This document shows, piece by piece, positions 11,291 to 22,422 of a stretch of 64,000 nucleotides of DNA (the stretch's first letter is position 1; the number at the start of each line of letters is the position of its first letter). The notes beneath the pieces were generated by a model. The model made no database searches. It was not told the DNA's origin and saw only the letters and a program-made list of their open reading frames with translations. Source of the DNA: Azolla caroliniana (lineage: Eukaryota; Plantae; Polypodiophyta); contig JBHGNT010000004.1 of NCBI GenBank assembly GCA_043228905.1, forward strand, positions 9,424,001 to 9,488,000, written 5' to 3'. The position numbers and the translations under genes are program-made.

Positions 11291-14285
11291 GGGATGTACT
11301 CATGTAGAACTTTGTTCATTGCATTCATCATATGAGCAACTGAATCTGTCGCACCTTGAGGTAGAGTGCACATTCGAACCAATCCAATTGCTGTTTTCAT
11401 TGTTGTGATATTGCGACTATCAATTGCTAGCTGAAATTGGTCATATCTTGAATATAGGTCTCCCATAGAGTAAATAGCTCTCCCAACAAAAGCTTCTAAA
11501 AATTCATCAACGATCAGTCCAATTCCTTCATTTGAGATTGTGACTTTGTTGATTGGTTGTAGATCTTGAATAAATCTTGGAGAGCCATCTTTCTTTGGAA
11601 CAGTGAACCAACAGTTGGAATGTTGTGCGTTGGAAGGCTCTAAAATCTTTATCTTGACTTAATCCTTTAGTAGCTCCAACAACTGAAGCAATCGAGCTCT
11701 CCGTATTGCAATAGGTTTAAAATTCCAAGGAATATGAGGGATAGTAAATATTACCATTGGCATCACCACGTTTGGATCTACACAACCAATCTCCTCATAT
11801 TTGAATGCAAACGTTTTCGCATGCCTAAAGATCATTTCTTTGAAAGTCGAGATATCTGATTGCAGAAGAAATTCATCCCCTCCAATTCTCAAGTTATTTA
11901 TTGTCTCCGAAGTGAAGTGATGTCCGATCTTATGTATTAGTCGAAGCATAGGCTCGGTTGTTGCTGCCTTCATCTTCTCTTCGTTACCAATAGGTAATGG
12001 TACTGCAACAGGTTTGACCTTTTTATCTAATGTTTTGTATTTTTTATTACATAAACTTTCTACTTCTTCATATTTACAATTATACCTATCAATCTCGTAT
12101 TACATATCAATTGAGTTTACATGTATCTTTTTAACACTCTCATCATCCTCTTTCAAATACATTTCTAACTCTTCTATAGTATTTGCAAAAGAAATTTCTT
12201 CCATAACACTTTGAATCTGCTCTTCCATTTCAAGTACTCCATTACCTTTCAATGCTTGTTGAAACAAATTAGCATTCTTTGACAAGTTCCTCTTGCAGTC
12301 CTACATCCTAGTCACACATATAGCACCACTTTCAGAAACATGAAATGACTTATTCATATGTTGTAATGCCCCACATCAAGGTCTTTTAATAATGGGACTA
12401 TTGCAACCCTCATTTGCAACAGTCCTAGTCAAAAAACTAATTATTAAAATTGTCAGAGTCTTTCGGTATCGAATGATCACGAAGCTCTTGCTTGTTCCTC
12501 TCATGATTTGGGCGAAATGTCATAAACTATTCCGTTCGCCGTCCATCTTGGTTGCGGATCTTTGCATAGGCAGAACCATTGTCGAGGACTTTGGTCTCCA
12601 TCCGTACCATTGCGATGTATGGTTGCCCCAAGATTATTGGATAGGTAGATCCTTCTTGCACAAAGAAATGTTGATCTACCTCTATATCACCAATAATAAC
12701 CTTTACATTTGGGCATGCACCAAATAAATCTTCACTGACTGATGTGGCTGCTTTTACTCACCAACCATGCTGAGTATACATTAGCCATCTACCTTTCTTG
12801 TAAAAATTAGCACTCATTATAATTATTTCAGAACCATGATCAATAAGTGCCATCACCGAGTCTGGAACATTTCCAATCTTCACATGATGCTAAGTAGTGG
12901 CTCTTGCGCAACATTTGTGAGAGTAGTGCCTTCTTGTATATGTTGAACTTATCATTGAGGTTGATGCATGCTGAGAGTCAACAATGATATTGTTCGACTC
13001 GTTGTTCACCATTTCATATCCACCCTTGGATTTGTCTCTTTAACCTGCTCATTTACTTGCTTCTGTCTTCGCACAAATATCAATTATTTCATTATGAAAT
13101 TCCTTTTTTGCAATACCTAATACTTCTCTTAGTGTAAATTCTACTCGACTATCTAGTATTCTTGTTTCTAAAATTTTCTTTAATCTGTATTCTTTTCAAT
13201 ATGAAACATTAATTTGAATGAAGGACCAGATTTACCTTTATCGGCTTTTGCGTCCATCTCTTTTTTCTTTTGCTTTCTCTTGTTTAATGCTTCTTTGTAA
13301 GGCCAATCTCATCATTCGGCTTTTCCTTTTTTCTTCCATTATCACTTCATAGTCTCGGTGTTTTGCCATCTGAGCATAGATTGTCATAGCATCTATCGGA
13401 ACATCCCATCCAGTATTTTTCCTTACAAAATCTCTGGCAACACGAAGGTCTTCCATCTTCAGCTTTTGCTTTAGTGTGAAACTTATAACCTTCTCCCAAA
13501 GTGATGATCGACATGGCCTGTCATCAAGACACATTCCTGTTGTTGCCGAGTAGTACATTGCAGAAGCCTTTTTTGCTTCAACTTCTTCAAACTTAACCTT
13601 AACACCACCATCACCAAAGTTCATTGTAAGTGGACTTCTATTTTCAGTTAAGAAAATGTTACCATTTTTCCAATTGACCAAGTCTCGATTTTCGATGTCT
13701 TTATCTTCCGCACAATCACGGAATCAAAGTTCGAGACCATCACACCACATGCATCGAGGTCTAAATGGTTCCCTTGACCTTGAAGTCTAACCATTCTCAA
13801 GCTTTGCCACTTTAATTGTTTAATCTTTCATACTTTGTACTAAATCATCAAGCAAAGACTCACTCTTAGTTTCAATCATTTCTCGTGGTTGATGGACCAT
13901 TTTGTGTGATGGTTTTCGACCAAGTCTTTGAACTTCAATGTTTTGCTCAAGTCGATTTGTGATTCCCACATGTCGTATTTGTAGCATTGCACCATTCCTT
14001 TGCATTCTTTTCATAAATTTATTAAAAGCATTTGTTACCCCATTCCAATTTGCAGTTATACCATCCTCGGTATTTGGTACTTCAAGCATAAATTCCAATT
14101 CTTTTCTATATCTCTTGTCAACTGCCTACAAAAATAAAGCCATATTTTACCATGACAAAGAATTTCTTTCTTTTGGCTTTAATTGTCCATACAATCTATC
14201 AAACTCTTTTTTCATGTCAACTACAGATAATGCTTTATTTTCTTTTATGTCAACTACAGATAGTAACGCGAGGAAATCTTCACGG

Positions 14286-15650
14286 TGTCGTGAAGATTTT
14301 CGGCTATGGTGTGAAAATTACATAAGACGTATGAAATCAAGTGTCAATCATATAAAACAATAATAGTGAATATACTGATTCTAAGTAAGTTTAATATCTT
14401 AGTACAAAAGACGAAGATCTTGAAGAGATGCACTTTACTACATAAGAAACAGACATCTAAGTGACAAGTTATGTGGTAGTGAAGTATGAGAAGGAAGAAG
14501 AGAAAAATAAAACTGTGAGATATCCCACAACTAAGCTATTGGATGAATGGGTGTGGCCTAGCTACTTGCAAAGGTTTTGCCCAACCAAAACCGGACCAAC
14601 AACGTAACCGGGACCCGGTGACCGAACGGTAACCAACATCCGGCAATGGAACCGGCATCCAACGACCAAATGGTAACCGGTATCCGGCATCTAGCGACGG
14701 AACCGGGATCCGGCGACCGACGGTAACTGGAGGCATCCGGCAATCGATGATAACCGGCGGCAACCGGCATCCGACAACCGGATAGATATATAAATAAATA
14801 TATATATATATGTATACACAAAGAGTGCAAGTGTGGATTCGAACCTTGCACCTCCTAGTTAAGAGTTAATAGGCTTACCACTAAGCCATAACATTTAGTT
14901 GAATTTTTATTTCTATCATTGTACTTTTACATGTAAATTCTAATACATGAGAGCTAAAATGAGTGACATGGTTATCATGCACCACATGTAATACATGAGC
15001 ACCAAATGGCAAACATGCATTTTATGCATGTCTTGTACCCTCACATGCATCATATGCATGAGAGCATCTATAAAAGAGGGGGATGAAAAAGAAGAATGGT
15101 TAGGCTCTTTTGGTTATGAAATTAAGAAGAAGAAAATTCGTTATCGAATTGATTGTGTAACTTGTTTCTGAAATCTAAAGTCAAGAGTTCTTAATCTCTC
15201 TCTCAATCTAAAATCAAGCGTTCTATCTTTTCTCAATCTCTCTCTCTTTCAATCTATCTTAATTCCTTTCTCGCTAAAGCTTGTGCCAACGTCGAATCCT
15301 TCCGGTCCAGAACCCCGACGGTTCTGCCTCACGATCCGCGTGTAGTGACGGATCTTCACGACATAATTAAGTGGTGAACCTGACGTGAAAGAGACGGTAG
15401 GAAGGATCAAGCGGAGATTAATACTTGGAGATGGCGTCCTCAAGGAACCAAGCAGGAGAGCTTGAAAGGATGATGGTAATCGTCGAAGAGTTCTTAATCT
15501 CTCTCTCAATCTAAAATCAAGAGTTCTATCTTTTCTCAATCTATCTTAATTCCTTTCTCGCTAAAGCTTGTGCCAATGTTGAATCCTTCCGGTTCAGAAC
15601 CCCGGCGGTTCCGCCTCACGATCCGTGCGTAGTGACGGATCTTCATGACA
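14286..15650 (+). mobile_element. Gypsy remnant D: full LTR, tRNA-Trp PBS, ~100 bp of leader, then the 3' part of the second LTR
   Basis: LTR 14286-15363 with 12-bp terminal IR tgtcgtgaagat/atcttcacgaca. PBS tggtgaacctgacgtga 15372-15388. 15486-15650 repeats 15183-15363. Confidence 0.85.
14826..14895 (-). promoter_or_regulatory. tRNA-like Pol III A-box/B-box module inside LTR D
   Basis: Minus strand TGGCTTAGTGG (14878-14888) and GGTTCGAATCC (14835-14845) at tRNA spacing. D-stem GGCTT/AAGCC and a CTCTTAA anticodon-like loop; no acceptor stem found. Confidence 0.7.
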
Positions 15651-15988
15651 ACAAGAATATTCAAACACAAGTGCTTCTTTGAATGCATTCCAATCCAAAC
15701 TATGCAATGCTTTTATTTAACGAATTCCATCTCCACTAATTTATAAAAGTTTGCTATCATATTGACATCATTCAGACAAGACATTTCCATTTCATCATAA
15801 TATATAGTGACATACTTTGAAATATTTGTGCCATCAAACACACCAATCTTCTTTTGGACTTCTCGTAAGGCATGAAATAATTGATCTTGATTCAATTTTT
15901 CAATAAATAACCTTACCGGTTCCATTGTACTCATACTTTCCATGTTGATGCGGATCTTTACTTTAGATGTCTCTTCTACTTCCTCGTT

Positions 15989-16005
15989 TCACGTCGGGTT
16001 CACCA
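15989..16005 (-). promoter_or_regulatory. Primer-binding site complementary to tRNA-Trp 3' end
   Basis: tcacgtcgggttcacca on + matches the recalled plant tRNA-Trp 3' end; lies 5 nt from the LTR end. Confidence 0.8.
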
Positions 16006-16010
16006 AATTG

Positions 16011-16650
16011 TGTCGTGATGTGGCTCGCCCAGAAGCGTAGCATTGCATACACAAAAGATATCGTGGAAGTGAGGGGAATCACTAGGATTATGGACGGAAA
16101 GGACGAAAGAGTAGAGATAGAGTAAATAGAGATCAACAAGATATGACAAGATAGGATATAGAATCATATTTCAAGGAATAAAAGAAATTTATAATTATTT
16201 GATGAAAGAGTTACAAAATGGTTATGAGCAACGTTGAACCTTCGATCTTTGTCTCACATCTTCACTTCAATATTTTGATGAAGATAAGAATCGAACCTCC
16301 GCCCTTTCATTGCGAGTTGAGCACCACAACCATTAAGCTAGCTCTTCTCTTGTCATTTCTTCTTCTGGTGCAGTTTCTATCTTATGATATCATCCAATAT
16401 AGTTCTTCGATTTCAATTCCTTCGATATCCCTTGTGACCATACTCCCTTCTCCTTTTATAGGGAAGAGATGGTTCTACATGTGGGCCATGTTGTGCACAT
16501 GTAGAGAGGCTCTTGAATGTGTGTTATATGGTGCACATGCTGAGAGACTCTTGCATGTGTGCTATATGGTGCACATGCCGAGAGACTCTTGAATGTGTGC
16601 TATATGGTGCACATGTGGTACATTTCATGGTTTTTTTATTTGCCTCGACA
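16011..16650 (-). repeat. 5' LTR of Gypsy B, containing a 38-bp tandem repeat (16493-16617)
   Basis: tgtcg...cgaca termini, TATA at ~16453-16460, three copies of gagagactcttgaatgtgtgctatatggtgcacatgc. Confidence 0.75.
16288..16340 (-). promoter_or_regulatory. A-box/B-box-like pair in LTR B
   Basis: Minus strand TAGCTTAATGG, 32-nt spacer, GGTTCGATTC. Confidence 0.5.
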
Positions 16651-17073
16651 TATAATGTATAATATCATCATAGTGTGTTGTTAATATTATCTTTATGGAT
16701 TCAACAAATAGTCAAACTCGACCAAGCCGACAACATATCTGCCGACTTCAAATTGGTAGAAACTCCACTAATCGAACTCGAAGACAAAGCCACCAAAGAC
16801 AGAGCCGATTCGACAAGAGTTGAAGAAGACAAAGTCAACAAGATGCGAGTTGGAAACAAAACCGAGTCGACAAAGTCCATAGGGGACGACAACGTGACAC
16901 CACTGAAATCTCGACTTGGGGGTGGGTAGCTGATTGAGGACTTTGAACCTCTTATCTCGGCATCCAGGAGAGCTGGACGAGCTCGAAGGCAAACAGAGTT
17001 GTACCAACCAGGCCTCGACTATGTCAACACCGATGCAGGCGAACCAAGCACATATGAAGAAGCTATTGCCAGT
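16651..17073 (+). pseudogene. Copia INT-RT linker fragment
   Basis: Manual translation RRAGRARRQTELYQPGLDYVNTDAGEPSTYEEAIAS, the typical pre-RT EPxTYEEA motif; fused directly to Gypsy integrase. Confidence 0.65.
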
Positions 17074-17428
17074 GATGCCAATCGAATTCCAGGTACCCAA
17101 TTTGCAGATTCAAGTACGAGCCCAGCTACCAGAGGACAAATCTGAGCAAATACGGCTACAACAACTGCTAGAACTAGGCGAAACAAGGTTACGCAGTATG
17201 ACCATATTGGTGCAGGAATAGCAGCGGCGCAAAGCATTCGTGGACCGACGTCGACACGTGCGTGAAAATGATTTTACGGTTGGGAAAACAGTATTAGTGT
17301 TTCAAACACGCATGGGGCAAATGCCAAGAAAATTAAGATTCCGCTGGACAGACCCGTATTGGATAGTGGGAGCGGAACAGGGCACATTTCAACTTATCAC
17401 CTTGGCCAGGGAACTGCTACGACAAAAG

Positions 17429-20400
17429 TGTTGTGGACAAGGCCGTCAAAGCGGAAGTGCAAGCAACATTCGTGATGAAGAAGAACCTGTGTATGCATGA
17501 GCAAGATAGACATAGAGGGAGAGAGAGAGAGAGAGGCACAAAGGAAACGTTATATTCCAATAGCAATAGTTACAAATGACAACCAACCCTCACTAAAGGT
17601 TACAAAGTCACTTTATATAGTGACTGTCCTAGGGCAACTGCCCTTTATGCTATTTACAGAAATAGCCCGAACTTGGGCTGTCCAAAGGGACAATGTGAAT
17701 ATGGCCATTATACACTCGTATTCGACACTCCCCCGTAATGGGCATATACATGGGTTATCTTAAAGATATACAAGTATATATACAAGGTTTCTCGGACAAA
17801 TCGGTTTTCTCAGAGTCGGCAAGCTCCGAAGACAGAAGACCGAATCGGTTGGGTCGGAATAGCTAAAGCCGATCCTCAGAGAACCGACGTCGGTGGTCCG
17901 AAACTGTCCTAGCTGAATCAGCTCCAAGTTGTTAGCGGCCACGACGCCGAGGATGAAACCGAGGGTCGTCATTTTCACCATTGGTGAAAAGATTTCGTCG
18001 AAGTCGACGCCATATTCTTGTCTAAATCCCTTCGCAACTAATTTGGCCTTGTACTTTGGGTTGGTCGAGTCGGATGTCTCATTTAGTCGATAGACCCACT
18101 TACACGGAAGAGCACATTGATTCTTCGGTAATTCGACCAAGTCCCAAGTTTTGTTTGCCCGAATGGAGTGCATTTCTGACTCCATCGCCAGATGCCAGGT
18201 GGTTGAATTGGCAGATGCCGATGCTTCTTCGTAAGACGTCGGTTCGCCGATGTCAGTAAAGAAAATTCCGGGAGAGTACCTTTCTAGAGGTTGCGACAGT
18301 CTCTCGGATCTGTGAGGTATGAGTGGATTGGTCACACTAGGTGTCGATGTCGGATGGTCGGGAGCCGAGCCATTCGGCTATGCCGAATTGGTGGATTCGG
18401 TGTGACAGTTGTCGGTTACCCGTGAAACCGATCTTGTGTTGTGGGCTGGGCCATCACGAAGGGTTGGCACTTTGGAAAATATTACCCTTCAGACTTCAAT
18501 AGGCCTTTCGGCCATTTTATGCATAACCGGCTCAATGAACACGACGTCGGAACTTCGGACGATTTGTCTGTGCTCGGGGTCCCAAAGTCGGTATCCGATT
18601 TCGCCGTCAGGTCCATACCCAAGGAAAACGCATTTCCTTGATCTTGGTTCGAGTTTCCGTTGATCGTCTTTTGGTATGAGGACATATGCCTCACAGCCGA
18701 AGATCCTAAGCTTGTCATAATTCGGCTTACTGCCGGTTCATATTTCCTGAGGTATTTGAAGTCCTAGAGGTCTACTTGGCGACATATTTATGATATGTAC
18801 TGCCGTAAGTAGAGCCTCCGCCCAAAAGCCATCCGACAGTCCGGAGTGTTAAAGCATGGATACTACGCGTTCTTGAATCGTCCGATTCATGCGTTCAGCA
18901 ATTCCGTTCTGCTCCGGACTATAGGGTGTTGTATATTCACGTCGAATGCCGCGTTCCCGGCAGAATTTGACGAATTCTTCAAACTTGAATTCTCCTCCAT
19001 TGTTGGTTCGGAGACATTTCAGTTTCCGACCGGTCTGATTTTCGACCATTTCAAGACATTCGGAGAAGATCGAGAACACCCGATCTTTGGTTCTAATGGG
19101 GTAAGCCCACACCTTCCGAGTCGAGTCGTCAATAAAACTAACGAAGTACAAAGCACCACCGAGAGACTGATGTGGCATTGGGCCACAGACGTCCGAGTGG
19201 ACCAAATCGAGGGGACTGAATTCTCTTGGTGCTGATGTCAGATGTGATGGGGCTACCTATTTGCCGTACTGGCAATGCTCACAGTATTGGTGATTCAAGA
19301 AGGAGAGTTTGGGGATGTAACCGGCTCTAGATAGGTGCGTTATGCCGGCCTTGCTGAGGTGTCCAAGTCGTCCATGCCATAACGATGACACGGGGATATC
19401 TACCAAAAATAAGTCACCCTCTTTGAGTGTGACATATAAAGGATACAAGGAATGTACCTTTGGTCCTCGAGCAAGCAGGAGGCTCCCTTTGTGGAGTGTC
19501 CACCCTCCTGATGAGAATCCAGCACGGATGCCGGCTTCGTCAAACTGTCCGACTAAGATCAGGGGTCTTGAGAGCTCAGGAACGTGTCAGACGTTGTGTA
19601 GTACGAGCGTAGAGCCACCCGAAAGGTTGAGCTCTACGGTGCTGATTCTGATTATAGCACAATGTTGGGAGTTTCCTACTCGAACTGAGTCGGAGTGCCG
19701 GTTCGAGTATTACCGATACTGAGATCGGTGAGGTGTCACATGATACAATGCGCCCGAGTCCAAGAGCCATGTGCTCGATTCCTCAGTCGTAAGCACAACT
19801 TCTGATTCGATTGGGTTCTCTATGGACAATATGTTCGGGTCGGTCATCAAAATTTCAGCTGAAGAGCCGACGTAGGTGACCTCCTCATGCGGGCTACTCT
19901 TCTGATCCGCTCTCTGAGCTTTGTCGGTTTTTGCTTTGAGTGCCCGGTAGTCGACTTTGATTTGTCCCGGTTTCTTGCAGTAGTTGCAGATTCGGTTGTC
20001 CCGGGACTTGCTTCGGCTTCGCTGATTGTTCGGCGGTCGGGAAGAACTTCGTCCCCAGTTGTTTGGTCAGTCGGTCAAACCTTGTACTACGTAAGCTTCA
20101 TTTGCCAAGTCTTTGGCGGAAGACTTTCTCCGAGCTGCTTCAGTCAAGATTGCGCTCGTGACTTCGGAGTACTTAACGGCAGCTGTTGAAGCATTGCACA
20201 CGGTTGTAACGAAAGTTTCCCATGAAGAGGGGAGACTACTCATGAGTATCATTGCTCTGAGTTCATCCTCCATTGCCGCCCCCTGAGACGAGATTTGGGA
20301 GCTTATGCTTTCGTACTCATTGAGGTGTGCCTGAACCGAATCGATTTCTTTCATCCGCAACTTGTATAGGCACCGGATCATATACATCTTCGTTGCGGCG

Positions 20401-21675
20401 ACCTTCTTTTCATAAGTTTCCGATAGTGTTTTCCAAAGTTCAAACGTTGTCGTGCATGATTGCACTGTGAAGTACACTGACTCCGACAAGTGCATCCGAA
20501 TCGTGGCTCGGACAATTCTGTCCAGCTTTAGCCACTCGTTTGCCTTGTATGCTTCTAGAGGATTTTCATTCTCAAGCGGGTCTGTTTGACACTTGACTAT
20601 AAGATAGTCTTGCATTTGTTCCTTGCAGAAGTTGAAGTTCGAACCGTCGAACCTCCTTAGACTCATCTCCGATGAGTTGGATGTTGATGCCATCTAATTC
20701 GGTTTCGGTTTGGAAGACTCAGTTTGGAGTTGACTACGAACCTTAGTGGGGTGCAGCCGGTTGGCTCACCCGATATCGTTCTAGTCGGTTTTGAACCTGA
20801 GTCGGTTTGGTTTCGGATACTTGTTGCTGAACCTGCTCGGAGTGACTCCGGTAACTTGAGGAACAAAACCGGTTGGTCTTCCCGAATGTTGCCGAGTCGG
20901 AGTGAGCCCGGTTAGCTTCCGATTGTATGCCGAATACCGATTACACGAAACCGATTGTTTGGGTCGATTCTGCTTCGGATGACTGCAGCAATGAGAGGGA
21001 CGGATCCAACTGATCCTCCCGAATGTCGATCAGCCGAGTGAAGCATGAAGTGGTTGTTGCTAGGAGACCAATCTGTAGCGGGTGGTTACAACAAGCGGGT
21101 GAATAGTGTCCGGTGACCTATTCGAATGCCTTTTAACCGAATGAAGCACGATTGGGTCGGGTGTTGCACATGGAGCTCCCCTCAAGCGGTTACAATCACA
21201 GGAACAGAGTACAACCGGTTGGCTTACTCCAGTTTGTGATTTAACACAGTGAGATGCGAGCTTTTTGTTTGTCTTCTCCCTTCTCTGTTCTTCAAAGAAA
21301 ACAAAAACAGAATGTTGTGTTGTACGATGACGGCCGATAGCGGGTTGAAGAACCTCCAACGCTCTGATACCAAATGTTGTGGACAAGGCCGTCAATGCAG
21401 AAGTGCAAGCAACATTCGTGATGAAGAAGAACCTGTGTATGCATGAGCAAGATAGACACAGAGGGAGAGAGAGAGAGAGAGAGGCACAAAGGAAACGTTA
21501 TATTCCAATAGCAACAGTTACAAATGACAACCAACCCTCACTAAAGGTTACAAAGTCACTTTATATAGTGACTGTCCTAGGGCAACTGCCCTTTATGCTA
21601 TTTACAGAAATAGCCTGAACTTGGGTTGTCCAAAGGGACAGTGTGAATACGGCCATTATACACTCATATTCGACA
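17429..21675 (-). mobile_element. Ty1/Copia element F (Tork-like), most of RT/RH deleted
   Basis: TSD AAAAG at 17424-17428 and 21676-21680. LTRs 17429-17727 and 21375-21675, PBS 21361-21372, PPT at 17728. Gag FDGSNFNF, INT HSDVCGP...NGGEF, RT N-terminus CKWVY. Confidence 0.95.
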
Positions 21676-22422
21676 AAAAGGTGAATGGGTTTCGCCTTAA
21701 ACCTTAATTGGGATCTACGCCACCTAACTCGTTTCCCGCCGGATAGGACAAAGCCGGAGAATCCACGGAGTAAGTATAGGTCCCTACTTGTACTATAGTG
21801 TAAAAATAAGATTGTATGTAATAGTTACAAAAGAAAAAAGAGAGAGAAGATAGTGACACTATTAAAAGGACTTAAGGCATGCACAAACTTCTAAACCAAG
21901 AACACATGACACCACGATGGCTCACTGACCAATGAACCCTAGGCCACAAAAAGAAGAAAATAGAAGGTTTTCTACACAATATAGAAATCAACCTTCTAAC
22001 TCTCATTACCCTCATCGCTCCCCTCACTCACCCTCCACTCCATCATATCACAGAGCTCAAGTTCGCCATAGCCAGCAGTCCTCACCCACTAGCCATGAGT
22101 CTCACCATCCTACTATGCCAATCCCTATTTCGGTCGCCTTGCGTCATGGCTCGTGGAGAAACTCCTGGATGGATACATCAAAGTCGCAGAGGCACCCCCT
22201 CACCCTGAAGCCGTGGACATTGCTAGGAAGCTTAATATCGACACGGTCACCAACACATCCATCCGGAAGACGCTTGACCTGTCATCGCTGCGAGAAAGAC
22301 ATTTTGAAATCCCACCTGCGGAAACTTTGTAGAGATATTTCGGGCCATATTCGGCATCCGCCAAGGCCTACCAAACGAAGGAAATCCCCGACCCCTTCTT
22401 TCGCGAAATAGCCAAGTTCCTG

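Larger units (their letters stand above)
5116..16650 (-). mobile_element. Ty3/Gypsy element B (tRNA-Trp-primed non-chromovirus lineage), degenerate, host of A, C and D
   Basis: LTR 16011-16650, PBS 15989-16005, gag 15713-15943 and 13238-14098, protease (ALIDHGSE-type) ~12850, RT LPQGATDSVAHM and MPFLDDIP, RNase H, integrase H..GH..WW..C..C at 5286-5471. Confidence 0.85.

Noticed and set aside
14826-14895. Functional tRNA-Lys gene
   Set aside because: No acceptor stem and a weak anticodon stem; it lies within an LTR. Kept only as a tRNA-like promoter module.
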